A stretch of 64,000 bases of DNA from contig CAZOOJ010000001.1 in assembly GCA_964581415.1 (NCBI GenBank), positions 36,096 to 100,095 of the forward strand, written 5' to 3'. The first letter of the stretch is position 1. Every line of letters starts with the position of its first letter. The notes under the pieces were generated by a model. That model ran no database searches. It saw nothing but the letters and a program-made list of their open reading frames with translations, and was not told the origin of the DNA. This document shows, one piece after another, positions 18,325 to 26,604 of the stretch. The position numbers were made by a program, and so were the translations under genes. Origin of the DNA: Candidatus Woesearchaeota archaeon (GTDB taxonomy: Archaea; Nanobdellota; Nanobdellia; Pacearchaeales; GW2011-AR1).

Positions 18325-21300
18325 ATGGTAAATAAAATCAGAAAAAGAGATGGTAGTGTTGTTCTATTCAATCAAGATAAAATTACAGAAGCTATTTGGA
18401 AAGCTGTAAAATTTGTTGGAGGAAAAGATAAAGAAAAATCAAAATATTTATCAGATTTAATTCTAAAAAAATTAGAAGAGAAACATGGAAATTTAGGAAT
18501 ACCTGAAGTAGAAGAAGTGCAGGATTTGGTTGAAAAAATCCTTATTGAAGAAGGACATGCAAAAGTTGCAAAATCTTATATTTTATACAGAAAAAGTCGT
18601 GAAGAATTAAGAAATGTAAAAGGACTTTTTGATACTATTGAAGCTGTTGAAGATTATATTGGATTAAATGATTGGATGGTTAAAGAAAATTCAAATATGG
18701 GTTTTTCTCTGCAAGGACTTAATAATTACATATCTACAAAAATAGTAAGTAATTACTGGATGAGAAGAATTTATCCTGAAGCTATAAGAAATGCGCATGA
18801 AACAGGAAATTTACATATTCATGATTTGGGAATTTTAGGAGTCTATTGTGTAGGATGGGATTTGAAAGATTTGTTGTTAGTAGGATTTAAAGGAGTTAAA
18901 GGAAAAGTTGCATCAAAACCTCCAAAACATCTTAGAACAGCTTTAGGACAAATTATAAATTTCTTTTATACTCTGCAAGGAGAATCAGCAGGAGCACAAG
19001 CATTTTCTAATTTTGATACTCTATTAGCACCTTTCATAAGATATGATGCTCTGGATTATAAAGAAATAAAACAGTGTATGCAAGAATTTTTATTTAATCT
19101 TGCTGTTCCTACAAGAGTTGGATTCCAATGTATATCTGAAGATACAGAAATTTTAACTCCTAAGGGTTGGAAAGGATACTCGAAATTAGAAAAAGGAGAT
19201 ATAATTAAAACTTTTAATCTTAATAAAGGAAAAATAGAAAATCAAAAAATTAAAAGATTATTTAAGAAGCATTACACAGGAGAAATGTATAACTTAAAAA
19301 ATAGGATTCAGGATCAGTTAATTTCACCAAAACATAGAGTAGTTAGAAGGAGATTTAATTCAAAAGAATATGTTTTAGAAGAGATAGAGAGTATTAAGAA
19401 AAGAAAGGCTCCCCTCATAATTCCTATAACTGGAGGAAATACAAACAAAAAACAAAATATATCTAATGAGATGATAAAACTTCTTGCATGGATAATTGCA
19501 GAAGGAACTTCAGAACATTCAGGACAAAAACACAGGCAGTCTAGAAGAATTACAATTTATCAATCTAAATTAAAAAAACCAAAAGAGTACAAAGAAATAA
19601 TTAATCTCCTTAAAAAGATTAGATTAGATTATTCTGAAAGAGATTCATCACCTTCTTTAGGAAATTCTATTAAAATGATTAAATTAAATGCAAAGTCCTC
19701 AAAAAAAATTCATGACTTATTTGAAGATGATGAAAGAATTGACTTTATTCCTGAAAAATTATTGAACATGAATAAAGAGCAATCAAAATTATTTTTAGAA
19801 ATTTTCATAAAAGCAGATGGATTTGAAAAGTGTAAGATTGCAACAACAAATAAAAGTATTTTAGATGGATTACAGCAAATAGCTGTAAATGCAGAATATG
19901 GTTTCACTGTATTAGAAAAAGAACCAACAATTGGAAAAAAGATTATTTATGTTCTAAGATTAATAAAACATAAAGAAACCTATATCCAAAAAATAGAAAA
20001 GATAAATTATTCTGGAACAATTTGGTGTCCAAACACTGACAATGAAACAGTAATTGCTCGTCGTAATGGAAAAGTTTTTATCACAGGCAATACTCCATTT
20101 ACGAATATAACTATGGACTTAAAAGTTCCTTCTTATATGAAAGATGAAGCTATAATCATAGGAGGAATTCCACAAAAAGAGACCTATAAAGAATTTCAGC
20201 GTGAAATGAATCTGTTAAATAAAGCATTTGCTGAGATTATGATAGAAGGAGATTCTGAAGGAAGAGTCTTCACTTTTCCTATTCCTACTTATAATATCAC
20301 AAAAGATTTTGATTGGGAAAATCCTGAATATGATATGCTTTGGGAAATGACAGCTAAATATGGAATTCCTTATTTTTCCAATTTTATAAATTCAGATATG
20401 AATCCAGAAGATGCAAGAAGCATGTGTTGCAGACTCAGATTAGATCAGACAGAATTAAGAAAAAGAGGTGGAGGTTTATTTGGAGCCAATCCTTTAACTG
20501 GAAGTATAGGAGTAGTAACAATTAATATACCAAGATTAGGTTTTACTTCAAGAGATGAAGAAGATTTTTTTAACAAATTAGAAGATTTAATGGAACTTGC
20601 AAAAGAAAGTTTAGAAATAAAAAGAAAAAATCTTGAAAAACTTACAGAAAGAGGACTTTATCCTTATTCTAAATTCTATTTAAGAAATATTAATAAGAGA
20701 TTTGGAGAGTATTGGAAAAATCATTTTGCTACTATAGGTTTATTAGGAATGAATGAAGGTATAATGAATTTTATGCCTGGAGAAGATATAGGAACTGAAA
20801 GAGGAAAAGAATTTTCAGTAAAAGTCTTAGATTTTATGAGAAAAAAACTTGAAGAATATCAAAATGAAACAGGAAATATTTATAATTTAGAAGCAACTCC
20901 TGGAGAAGGAACCACATACAGATTTGCAAGAATTGACAAAAAGAGATTTGGAAGGATAATTACTGCAAATGAAAGAGCAGTAAGAAATGAAAAAGCTCCT
21001 CCTTATTACACAAATTCAACACAACTTCCTGTTAATTATACAACAGATTTATTTGAAGCTCTGGAATTACAGGATCCTTTACAAACAAGATATACTGGAG
21101 GAACAGTTTTTCATTCATTTGTCGGAGAAAGACTAAATAAGGAAGGAATAAAAAAATTAGTTAGAAAAATCTCTGAAAATTTCAGTCTGCCTTATTTTAC
21201 AATATCGCCTGTTTTTTCAGTTTGTCCGATTCATGGTTATATTGCAGGAGAGCATTTTTATTGCCCTAAATGCGATGCTGAGCATGGAATTGTAAGAAAT

Positions 21301-21357
21301 TCAGAAGGAAAAATTATCAGAAGAGAAAATGAAAAGAACATTCAAATAAAAAATTAA
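18325..21357 (+). CDS. nrdD: Class III (anaerobic) ribonucleotide reductase, ATP cone, intein-containing, lacking glycyl-radical tail
   Basis: ATP cone, HIHDL, YCVGW, SMCCRL, YNLEATPGE, YTGGTVFH, CPIHG..CPKC. Confidence 0.96.
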   Translation: MVNKIRKRDGSVVLFNQDKITEAIWKAVKFVGGKDKEKSKYLSDLILKKLEEKHGNLGIPEVEEVQDLVEKILIEEGHAKVAKSYILYRKSREELRNVKGLFDTIEAVEDYIGLNDWMVKENSNMGFSLQGLNNYISTKIVSNYWMRRIYPEAIRNAHETGNLHIHDLGILGVYCVGWDLKDLLLVGFKGVKGKVASKPPKHLRTALGQIINFFYTLQGESAGAQAFSNFDTLLAPFIRYDALDYKEIKQCMQEFLFNLAVPTRVGFQCISEDTEILTPKGWKGYSKLEKGDIIKTFNLNKGKIENQKIKRLFKKHYTGEMYNLKNRIQDQLISPKHRVVRRRFNSKEYVLEEIESIKKRKAPLIIPITGGNTNKKQNISNEMIKLLAWIIAEGTSEHSGQKHRQSRRITIYQSKLKKPKEYKEIINLLKKIRLDYSERDSSPSLGNSIKMIKLNAKSSKKIHDLFEDDERIDFIPEKLLNMNKEQSKLFLEIFIKADGFEKCKIATTNKSILDGLQQIAVNAEYGFTVLEKEPTIGKKIIYVLRLIKHKETYIQKIEKINYSGTIWCPNTDNETVIARRNGKVFITGNTPFTNITMDLKVPSYMKDEAIIIGGIPQKETYKEFQREMNLLNKAFAEIMIEGDSEGRVFTFPIPTYNITKDFDWENPEYDMLWEMTAKYGIPYFSNFINSDMNPEDARSMCCRLRLDQTELRKRGGGLFGANPLTGSIGVVTINIPRLGFTSRDEEDFFNKLEDLMELAKESLEIKRKNLEKLTERGLYPYSKFYLRNINKRFGEYWKNHFATIGLLGMNEGIMNFMPGEDIGTERGKEFSVKVLDFMRKKLEEYQNETGNIYNLEATPGEGTTYRFARIDKKRFGRIITANERAVRNEKAPPYYTNSTQLPVNYTTDLFEALELQDPLQTRYTGGTVFHSFVGERLNKEGIKKLVRKISENFSLPYFTISPVFSVCPIHGYIAGEHFYCPKCDAEHGIVRNSEGKIIRRENEKNIQIKN
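19129..20091 (+). mobile_element. Intein (321 aa) with LAGLIDADG-type homing endonuclease in NrdD
   Basis: RVGFQ|CISEDTEILT ... SPKHRV ... LLAWIIAEG ... FIKADG ... VFITGN|TPFTN. Confidence 0.93.
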
Positions 21358-21385
21358 ATAAAAAAATTGAAATGAAAATTTAAAA

Positions 21386-21586
21386 ATGGAAAAAGAAAAT
21401 CAAGAAATTAAAGAACAAGGAAATGAAAAAGCCGGAATTGAAAATACAAAAGAAAATAAAGAAGAATTTAATGGAAGTGAATGTGAAGTTTATTCCAGAG
21501 TTGTAGGATATCTAAGACCTATCAGCCAATGGAATGAAGGAAAGGTATCTGAATTCCGAGATAGAAAAAATTTCGAAGTTGCTTAA
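21386..21586 (+). CDS. Stand-alone NrdD C-terminal glycyl-radical domain
   Basis: CEVYSRVVGYLRPISQWNEGKVSEFRDR. Confidence 0.92.
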   Translation: MEKENQEIKEQGNEKAGIENTKENKEEFNGSECEVYSRVVGYLRPISQWNEGKVSEFRDRKNFEVA

Positions 21587-21604
21587 AGTTTTTTAATAAT
21601 TCCA

Positions 21605-22303
21605 ATGAAAATCTGCGGACTTCAAAAAACAACTTTGGTAGATTATCCAAAAAAAATAGCATGTACAATATTTATTTATGGATGTAATTTCAGATGTGGT
21701 TTTTGTCATAACCCTGAATTAGTTACTGAAAAAAATGAGAATATTTTTTCTGAAAAAGAAATTTTGGACTTTTTAGAAAAGAGAAAAAAATATTTAGAAG
21801 GTATCTGCATAACAGGAGGAGAACCTTTATTAACTTTAGAAAAGAATTTTTTAAGAGAAATAAAAAAACTTGGATACTTAATAAAAATTGATACAAATGG
21901 AAGTTTTCCTGAAAAACTTAAAGAAATAATTGATGAGGAGCTTGTAGATTTTGTTGCAATGGACATAAAATCTAGTAAGGAGAGATATAAAGAATTTATA
22001 AATGCAGATATTAATTTAGAAAAAATTGAAGAAAGTATAAGATTGATTTCAAAACTGGAAGATTATGAATTTAGAACCACAGTAATTGAGAATATGCATG
22101 ATTTGGAAGAAATGAAGAAAATTTCTAAATGGCTTAATAGTCTTATAGGAAAACCTAAAAAATATTCTCTTCAAGCATTTAAGAATAGTGGAAAAGTTTT
22201 AGATGAGAAATTTAAATACAAAAAAGACACTAGTGAAAAATTCATAAAAGAAATTAAGGAAGAGATAAAAGACAGCTTTGAAGATATTGAAACAAGATTT
22301 TAA
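21605..22303 (+). CDS. nrdG: Anaerobic RNR activating radical SAM enzyme
   Basis: GCNFRCGFCHNP, ITGGEP, KIDTNGS, YEFRTT. Confidence 0.95.
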   Translation: MKICGLQKTTLVDYPKKIACTIFIYGCNFRCGFCHNPELVTEKNENIFSEKEILDFLEKRKKYLEGICITGGEPLLTLEKNFLREIKKLGYLIKIDTNGSFPEKLKEIIDEELVDFVAMDIKSSKERYKEFINADINLEKIEESIRLISKLEDYEFRTTVIENMHDLEEMKKISKWLNSLIGKPKKYSLQAFKNSGKVLDEKFKYKKDTSEKFIKEIKEEIKDSFEDIETRF

Positions 22304-22336
22304 AAAGTTTTATAAATCTCATAATTCCTAAGTTCT

Positions 22337-22660
22337 ATGATAAATAATGATAAAATTCCTGAATTAACAGACAATGAATTTAATGATTTTGTGAAACAAG
22401 GAGTTGTTTTTATTAATTTTTTTAAAGAATGGAACATGTCTTGTCTTACGATGTCTCCGATATTAGAAGAAATAAGTGATAAATTCAAAAAGATAAAATT
22501 TGGAAAAATTGATATTGGAGAAAATCGAAATATTGCAAGAAAATTAGGCATTTTTTCAATTCCTGCTTTTTTTGTTTTTAAAAATGGAGAAATTATAGAA
22601 AAATTTGTTGGAATAGTTTCTGGAGAAGAAGTTGAAGAAAAGTTAAAGAATTTAGAATAA
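22337..22660 (+). CDS. Thioredoxin-like protein with atypical WNMSC active site
   Basis: Trx fold (FFKEWNMSC..SIPAF..FKNG) lacking the first Cys. Confidence 0.8.
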   Translation: MINNDKIPELTDNEFNDFVKQGVVFINFFKEWNMSCLTMSPILEEISDKFKKIKFGKIDIGENRNIARKLGIFSIPAFFVFKNGEIIEKFVGIVSGEEVEEKLKNLE

Positions 22661-22761
22661 AAATTCTTATAAATTTACTTGAAAGTTAAAAGAATTAATT
22701 AGAAATGTAATCAAAAACCTATAACGAATATTTTTTAAACCAAATTGACTAATTTTAATCA

Positions 22762-22836
22762 GGCTCCGTAGCTCAGCCTGGATAGAGCACTAGGCTTTTA
22801 ACCTAGGTGTCGAGGGTTCAAATCCCTTCGGAGCCA
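22762..22836 (+). tRNA. tRNA-Lys(TTT)
   Basis: Acceptor GGCTCCG/CGGAGCC, anticodon arm CTAGG-CTTTTAA-CCTAG, GGTTCAAATCC. Confidence 0.96.
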
Positions 22837-22939
22837 TTTTTTGAATTTTTAATTATAGAAGAATATTCTTCTATTAAGTTGCTAAATGTATTCTATATGA
22901 AAAGAAGTTTGGATTTAAGCTAAAATAAATTTTTAGAAG

Positions 22940-22948
22940 AAAGCAACC
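22940..22948 (+). repeat. Left target-site duplication (AAAGCAACC)
   Basis: Identical 9-mer at 29330-29338, each abutting a terminal inverted repeat. Confidence 0.88.
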
Positions 22949-22978
22949 GGCTTTGTTTAATAAGTAAGAAAAACTGAC

Positions 22979-22993
22979 GACTTTTTAAACAGA
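22979..22993 (+). repeat. Sub-terminal 15-bp direct repeat copy 1 (GACTTTTTAAACAGA)
   Basis: Identical to 29294-29308. Confidence 0.8.
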
Positions 22994-22995
22994 GA

Positions 22996-23481
22996 TTAAT
23001 TTTCTACTTGCTCAAAAGAAGCCATTTTAGTAAGAAATTCTCTTAATTCCCCATATAATTCTAAATGTTGTTTGTTTAACTCTATCCAGTGAGGTATTGA
23101 AGATTCCAATCTGGTAATCCCCTTCAAATCTTTAGGATATATATTGTGAGCAAAAATATCTCTTATTTTATAAAATTTTATCAATTTATTTTTAAAATCT
23201 TTATTTGTTTTTAACTCTTCTTTATTATGTTGGTTAACCTCGTTAATAATTTCTAATAATAAATTTGCTCTTGAACTTGCACCAAAATTTACTAAAAAGA
23301 ATTCATTAAATCTGAATATTTTACTTAAATTAAGGGGCTTCCAATTATCTTTTTCTTCTCCAAATTTTAAATCTAATCCAAAAGATTTTCTTATAATTTT
23401 ATTAGAAATATTGTCTATATCAATAGTCCTCATAATAACCTCATGCAATAATTCTTTGGGTAATTCAAATGGATTTTCCAT
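22996..23481 (-). CDS. Putative HEPN-domain protein
   Basis: Helical 161-aa protein with Rx4H motif IRDIFAHN; start overlaps transposase stop (TAATG). Confidence 0.65.
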   Translation of the reverse strand: MENPFELPKELLHEVIMRTIDIDNISNKIIRKSFGLDLKFGEEKDNWKPLNLSKIFRFNEFFLVNFGASSRANLLLEIINEVNQHNKEELKTNKDFKNKLIKFYKIRDIFAHNIYPKDLKGITRLESSIPHWIELNKQHLELYGELREFLTKMASFEQVEN

Positions 23482-24506
23482 TATATTCTAATAGGTTCCT
23501 CTAATTTAAAGTTTGCTTTAATTCCAAGTTCACAGATTTCCTGAATCACAACACAAATGTTGTGACATAAAACTTTAACCAATAATTCATTAAATTGTGC
23601 GGTTTCTTTTTTACTTTTAATATGACTTCCGAATTTAGTTTTAATCATATGAAAACAAGTTTCAGAATTGCTCCTTTTATGATAGTGTGATAAAAATTCA
23701 ATTTGATTAAACATAAAGAAATGATACATCTTCTTCCAAATCTGAGAACCAGCCTTTTTTCCTGTTACGTTTTTCTTAAATGGAATATAGGGTGTTGCTC
23801 CAAAATCATTTATTACCTCGAAATTCTCCCTACTCAAATACGCTTTATCTCCACTTACTTCAGATATTTTGAAATTTTCTGCTGTTTTTTTAACAAGTCC
23901 TTTTAATTGTGGGCTATCTGCTTTATTCCCTTCAGTAATATTAACTCCTGTTATAATGTTGGTTTTAATACCGGAAAGAAGATGAGCTTTTAACCAGATT
24001 TTATATCTCCTTTCTTTGCCCCATTTATAATCAAACCATCTTGCAAATCGTGAAGTAGAAAATCCAGAAGAATCTATTGTGAAATCAGCTTCAACTTCTT
24101 TAAGAGGTAAGGAACTAATTATAATGAGTTGTTCTAAAATTGTCTTAACCTCTGGTTTGTTCATAAAGTTTGATAATGAAGAATAACAAGGAACCTTGTA
24201 GACTAACCCAAATTCTTTTGCTATTTTCATATCAGACATAAAACGCCTTAAAGAAAATCCTGTATAGATTTTCATAACAGAACCAAAGAGCATGTCATTA
24301 AAAGGCAAAGTTGGTCTACCAAATTTATAAAGAGGTTGTTCAATATTATCACATAAATCCTTAAGCAACTTCATAAAGAGTAATTTCTCGTTTGTTTGTG
24401 CTTTGTTGTATGCTGTCCATTCTTGACTATATTTTTTATTCTCCGTTAACTTTTTATATAACCATTCCTTTTCTTTTATGGATTCAAATTGTGCTTCGCG
24501 GTGCAT
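23481..24506 (-). CDS. DDE transposase (IS4/IS5 superfamily, DDE_Tnp_1-like)
   Basis: FTIDSSGF, WLKAHL, VSGDKAYLS, YHKRSNSETCFHMIK, KVLCHNI. Confidence 0.92.
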   Translation of the reverse strand: MHREAQFESIKEKEWLYKKLTENKKYSQEWTAYNKAQTNEKLLFMKLLKDLCDNIEQPLYKFGRPTLPFNDMLFGSVMKIYTGFSLRRFMSDMKIAKEFGLVYKVPCYSSLSNFMNKPEVKTILEQLIIISSLPLKEVEADFTIDSSGFSTSRFARWFDYKWGKERRYKIWLKAHLLSGIKTNIITGVNITEGNKADSPQLKGLVKKTAENFKISEVSGDKAYLSRENFEVINDFGATPYIPFKKNVTGKKAGSQIWKKMYHFFMFNQIEFLSHYHKRSNSETCFHMIKTKFGSHIKSKKETAQFNELLVKVLCHNICVVIQEICELGIKANFKLEEPIRI

Positions 24507-24516
24507 TTTGTGTCCT

Positions 24517-24598
24517 GGAGCCTTCGGGCTCCTTTAATTTATTATGATAGCCAACACTCAGCGTCCCATAACCGCTGAGTGCCTTTCTCTTCGAAGAG
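24517..24598. ncRNA. Triple GC-rich hairpin element upstream of transposase
   Basis: GGAGCC-TTCG-GGCTCC; CACTCAGCG-N9-CGCTGAGTG; CTCT-TCGA-AGAG. Confidence 0.5.
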
Positions 24599-24609
24599 TA
24601 TTATTCTTG

Positions 24610-25257
24610 TCATTTTTTCTGTCTTTTCTGAAGTGCTTGTTTTTGAGCAGAAAGTATTATTTCTGCTTGCTCTATTGAATCAATGTCTTTAGGGACTCTC
24701 ATATAGAGTCCGCCAGTTTTGAATTCAATAATGTTTGAAACGCCCACATTATTTTCTTTTTCCATTTCAAAACCTCCGTCGTCAAAAGATAAACCTTCTG
24801 ACTCGGAAGCATATTTCATTGCGTCATTAAATATTTTTTGTATCCTAAAAACTTCCTTATCTAACTTAGCTCTGTCTACTCCTGTTATGTCTATTAGTGC
24901 TAAAAGCATTCCCTCTTTGTCGGGAGATTTACTCCCCACCTTTTTTCTTATTTCTGATATTAAAGGAACTTTAGATAATATTTCGCCATAAGCCTTTTTC
25001 TCTTCATTTCCCAAGGGTTTTGCGATTCTGGTTCCCAAGTTAGTTAACTGGATTCCTTTAATTCCGCTTTTGATTAAACCTAATTGACGCAAGGTAACAA
25101 GTTTCTTAATGAATCCTCCACTATTTGTTGTTGAATGTCCCAACTTAGTAGCCAAACTCTCGTCGGAGCTGATGCTATTTTTATAAATTGTTTTCACAAT
25201 CTCTACGCATTGACTAAATGTCAATTCAGGTACATAGTAATTTCCTATTTTTGCCAT
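24610..25257 (-). CDS. Hypothetical protein with probable winged-helix N-terminal domain
   Basis: LATKLGHS..SGGFIKKLVTLRQLGLI..IQLTNLGTRI pattern. Confidence 0.65.
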   Translation of the reverse strand: MAKIGNYYVPELTFSQCVEIVKTIYKNSISSDESLATKLGHSTTNSGGFIKKLVTLRQLGLIKSGIKGIQLTNLGTRIAKPLGNEEKKAYGEILSKVPLISEIRKKVGSKSPDKEGMLLALIDITGVDRAKLDKEVFRIQKIFNDAMKYASESEGLSFDDGGFEMEKENNVGVSNIIEFKTGGLYMRVPKDIDSIEQAEIILSAQKQALQKRQKK

Positions 25258-25508
25258 TTTACTTTATATTAGTAAGTTTACTCTAAATAGAGTAATATTA
25301 CCTTTAAATACTTTGTGGTGATAAAATTCAACAATATAATTGCTTTTCTAAAAGAAAAATAATCCAAATTTAAGAAAGGTTAAAATTTATAAAGATGTAA
25401 TTTTTGTAATGAATATGAAAAGAGGGTGGACAAAAGGTTTAAAAAATATAATTCTTGGTAATTCTACACAAAATAAAAATATAAATAGTTTAATTTTCTT
25501 TTTATAAA

Positions 25509-25814
25509 ATGAGTCAACAAGTTAATAAAGAATTTAAGAATAATGTTTTTAATAATATAGAGCAAACAGGAGAAAATTTTAAACAACAATTTGAAAAATT
25601 AATGAGTATTGCTCAAAAAAGAATAGATTCTCAAGTTAATTGTGCTAAATTTGAGGCAGCATATGGATTATCTATTTCTAAAAAAGAAAGGCAAAAAACT
25701 ATGAAAGATGTTAAAGAAATTAGAAAAGAATTATGGAAAGAGGCATTAAATAAAGCTAAAGGGAAATCTACCGATGCTTACGAAATTTATTGCGAGATTT
25801 GTTCATTTGATTAG
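25509..25814 (+). CDS. Hypothetical helical protein, convergent with and overlapping PIN gene
   Basis: 101-aa ORF with TATA-like upstream; 47-nt 3' overlap with PIN gene. Confidence 0.6.
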   Translation: MSQQVNKEFKNNVFNNIEQTGENFKQQFEKLMSIAQKRIDSQVNCAKFEAAYGLSISKKERQKTMKDVKEIRKELWKEALNKAKGKSTDAYEIYCEICSFD

Positions 25815-26394
25815 TCCATTCTCTTATTTTAGAATTTGTTAAATTTTCTGCTTCAGGAATAATTTTTATTCTTACTTTTAATTTTAAGAGTTTCGTAGCT
25901 TTAGCAATATCTTTGTCTTCAGTAAAATAAACATTTATATTTTTCTGTCCTATAAGATTAGATAATATCTTACAATCATTTGGAAATGTATCGAATTTTT
26001 TAATATACATTTTTTTCTTAACTATACCCACCCATTTATTTCCAAGATTATTAAATTGTTTTTTATGTTTTATTTTATTTATTGAAAATTCTCTCAATAT
26101 CTCTTTTAGTTCATTTGTTGCTTTATCATGTGTATACCCTTTTTTCTTGATAAGTGTTTGGCGAGCTTCACCCAAGGCAATTTCTGTTGTATATATTTTT
26201 AAAACATTAAGGAAAACTCTATCTCTTATCTCTTGCTTAAATTCATCAGACCAAACTATATCAACTAATACATTTGCATCAAATCCGATTATATCTTCAT
26301 CATTGACAAAATCATTTCTTTCAGATGAGTTATACCTTTCTATTTTTTCTCCTTTTTTTCTCAATACAGATAATTTTCTTTCTTCTATTTCCAT
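25768..26394 (-). CDS. PIN-domain (VapC-like) nuclease
   Basis: IGFDANVLVD, TEIALGE, PNDCKIL, YFTEDKDI acidic tetrad. Confidence 0.78.
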   Translation of the reverse strand: MEIEERKLSVLRKKGEKIERYNSSERNDFVNDEDIIGFDANVLVDIVWSDEFKQEIRDRVFLNVLKIYTTEIALGEARQTLIKKKGYTHDKATNELKEILREFSINKIKHKKQFNNLGNKWVGIVKKKMYIKKFDTFPNDCKILSNLIGQKNINVYFTEDKDIAKATKLLKLKVRIKIIPEAENLTNSKIREWTNQMNKSRNKFRKHR

Positions 26395-26403
26395 TTTGTC
26401 AAA

Positions 26404-26515
26404 CCCCTAATTCTCTAAGGGAAATTCAATCAAGAAGTAAACCCCTTGACGCCTTCTCCTTCGGACACCCTAATTTAAGGCGTCCAAGAGTGGAATAAAT
26501 CCACTCAAGGAGGTT
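26404..26515 (-). ncRNA. Multi-stem structured leader upstream of PIN gene
   Basis: Stems GACGCCTT/AAGGCGTC, GAGTGGA/TCCACTC, AACC-CCTTG/CAAGG-GGTT, plus an SD-occluding stem on the minus strand. Confidence 0.55.
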
Positions 26516-26604
26516 AATTTTAGAAGGCTTAAGCATTTTTAAATTTTATTATAGATTTTCTATGAAATACAAATAATTAAAAATTAAAAATTCTTATTTG
26601 AATT

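Noticed and set aside
24507..24609. Self-cleaving ribozyme or recoding signal fusing the wHTH gene to the transposase
   Set aside because: No hammerhead core (CUGANGA/GAAA) recognised; an in-frame TAA lies ten codons upstream of the transposase ATG.
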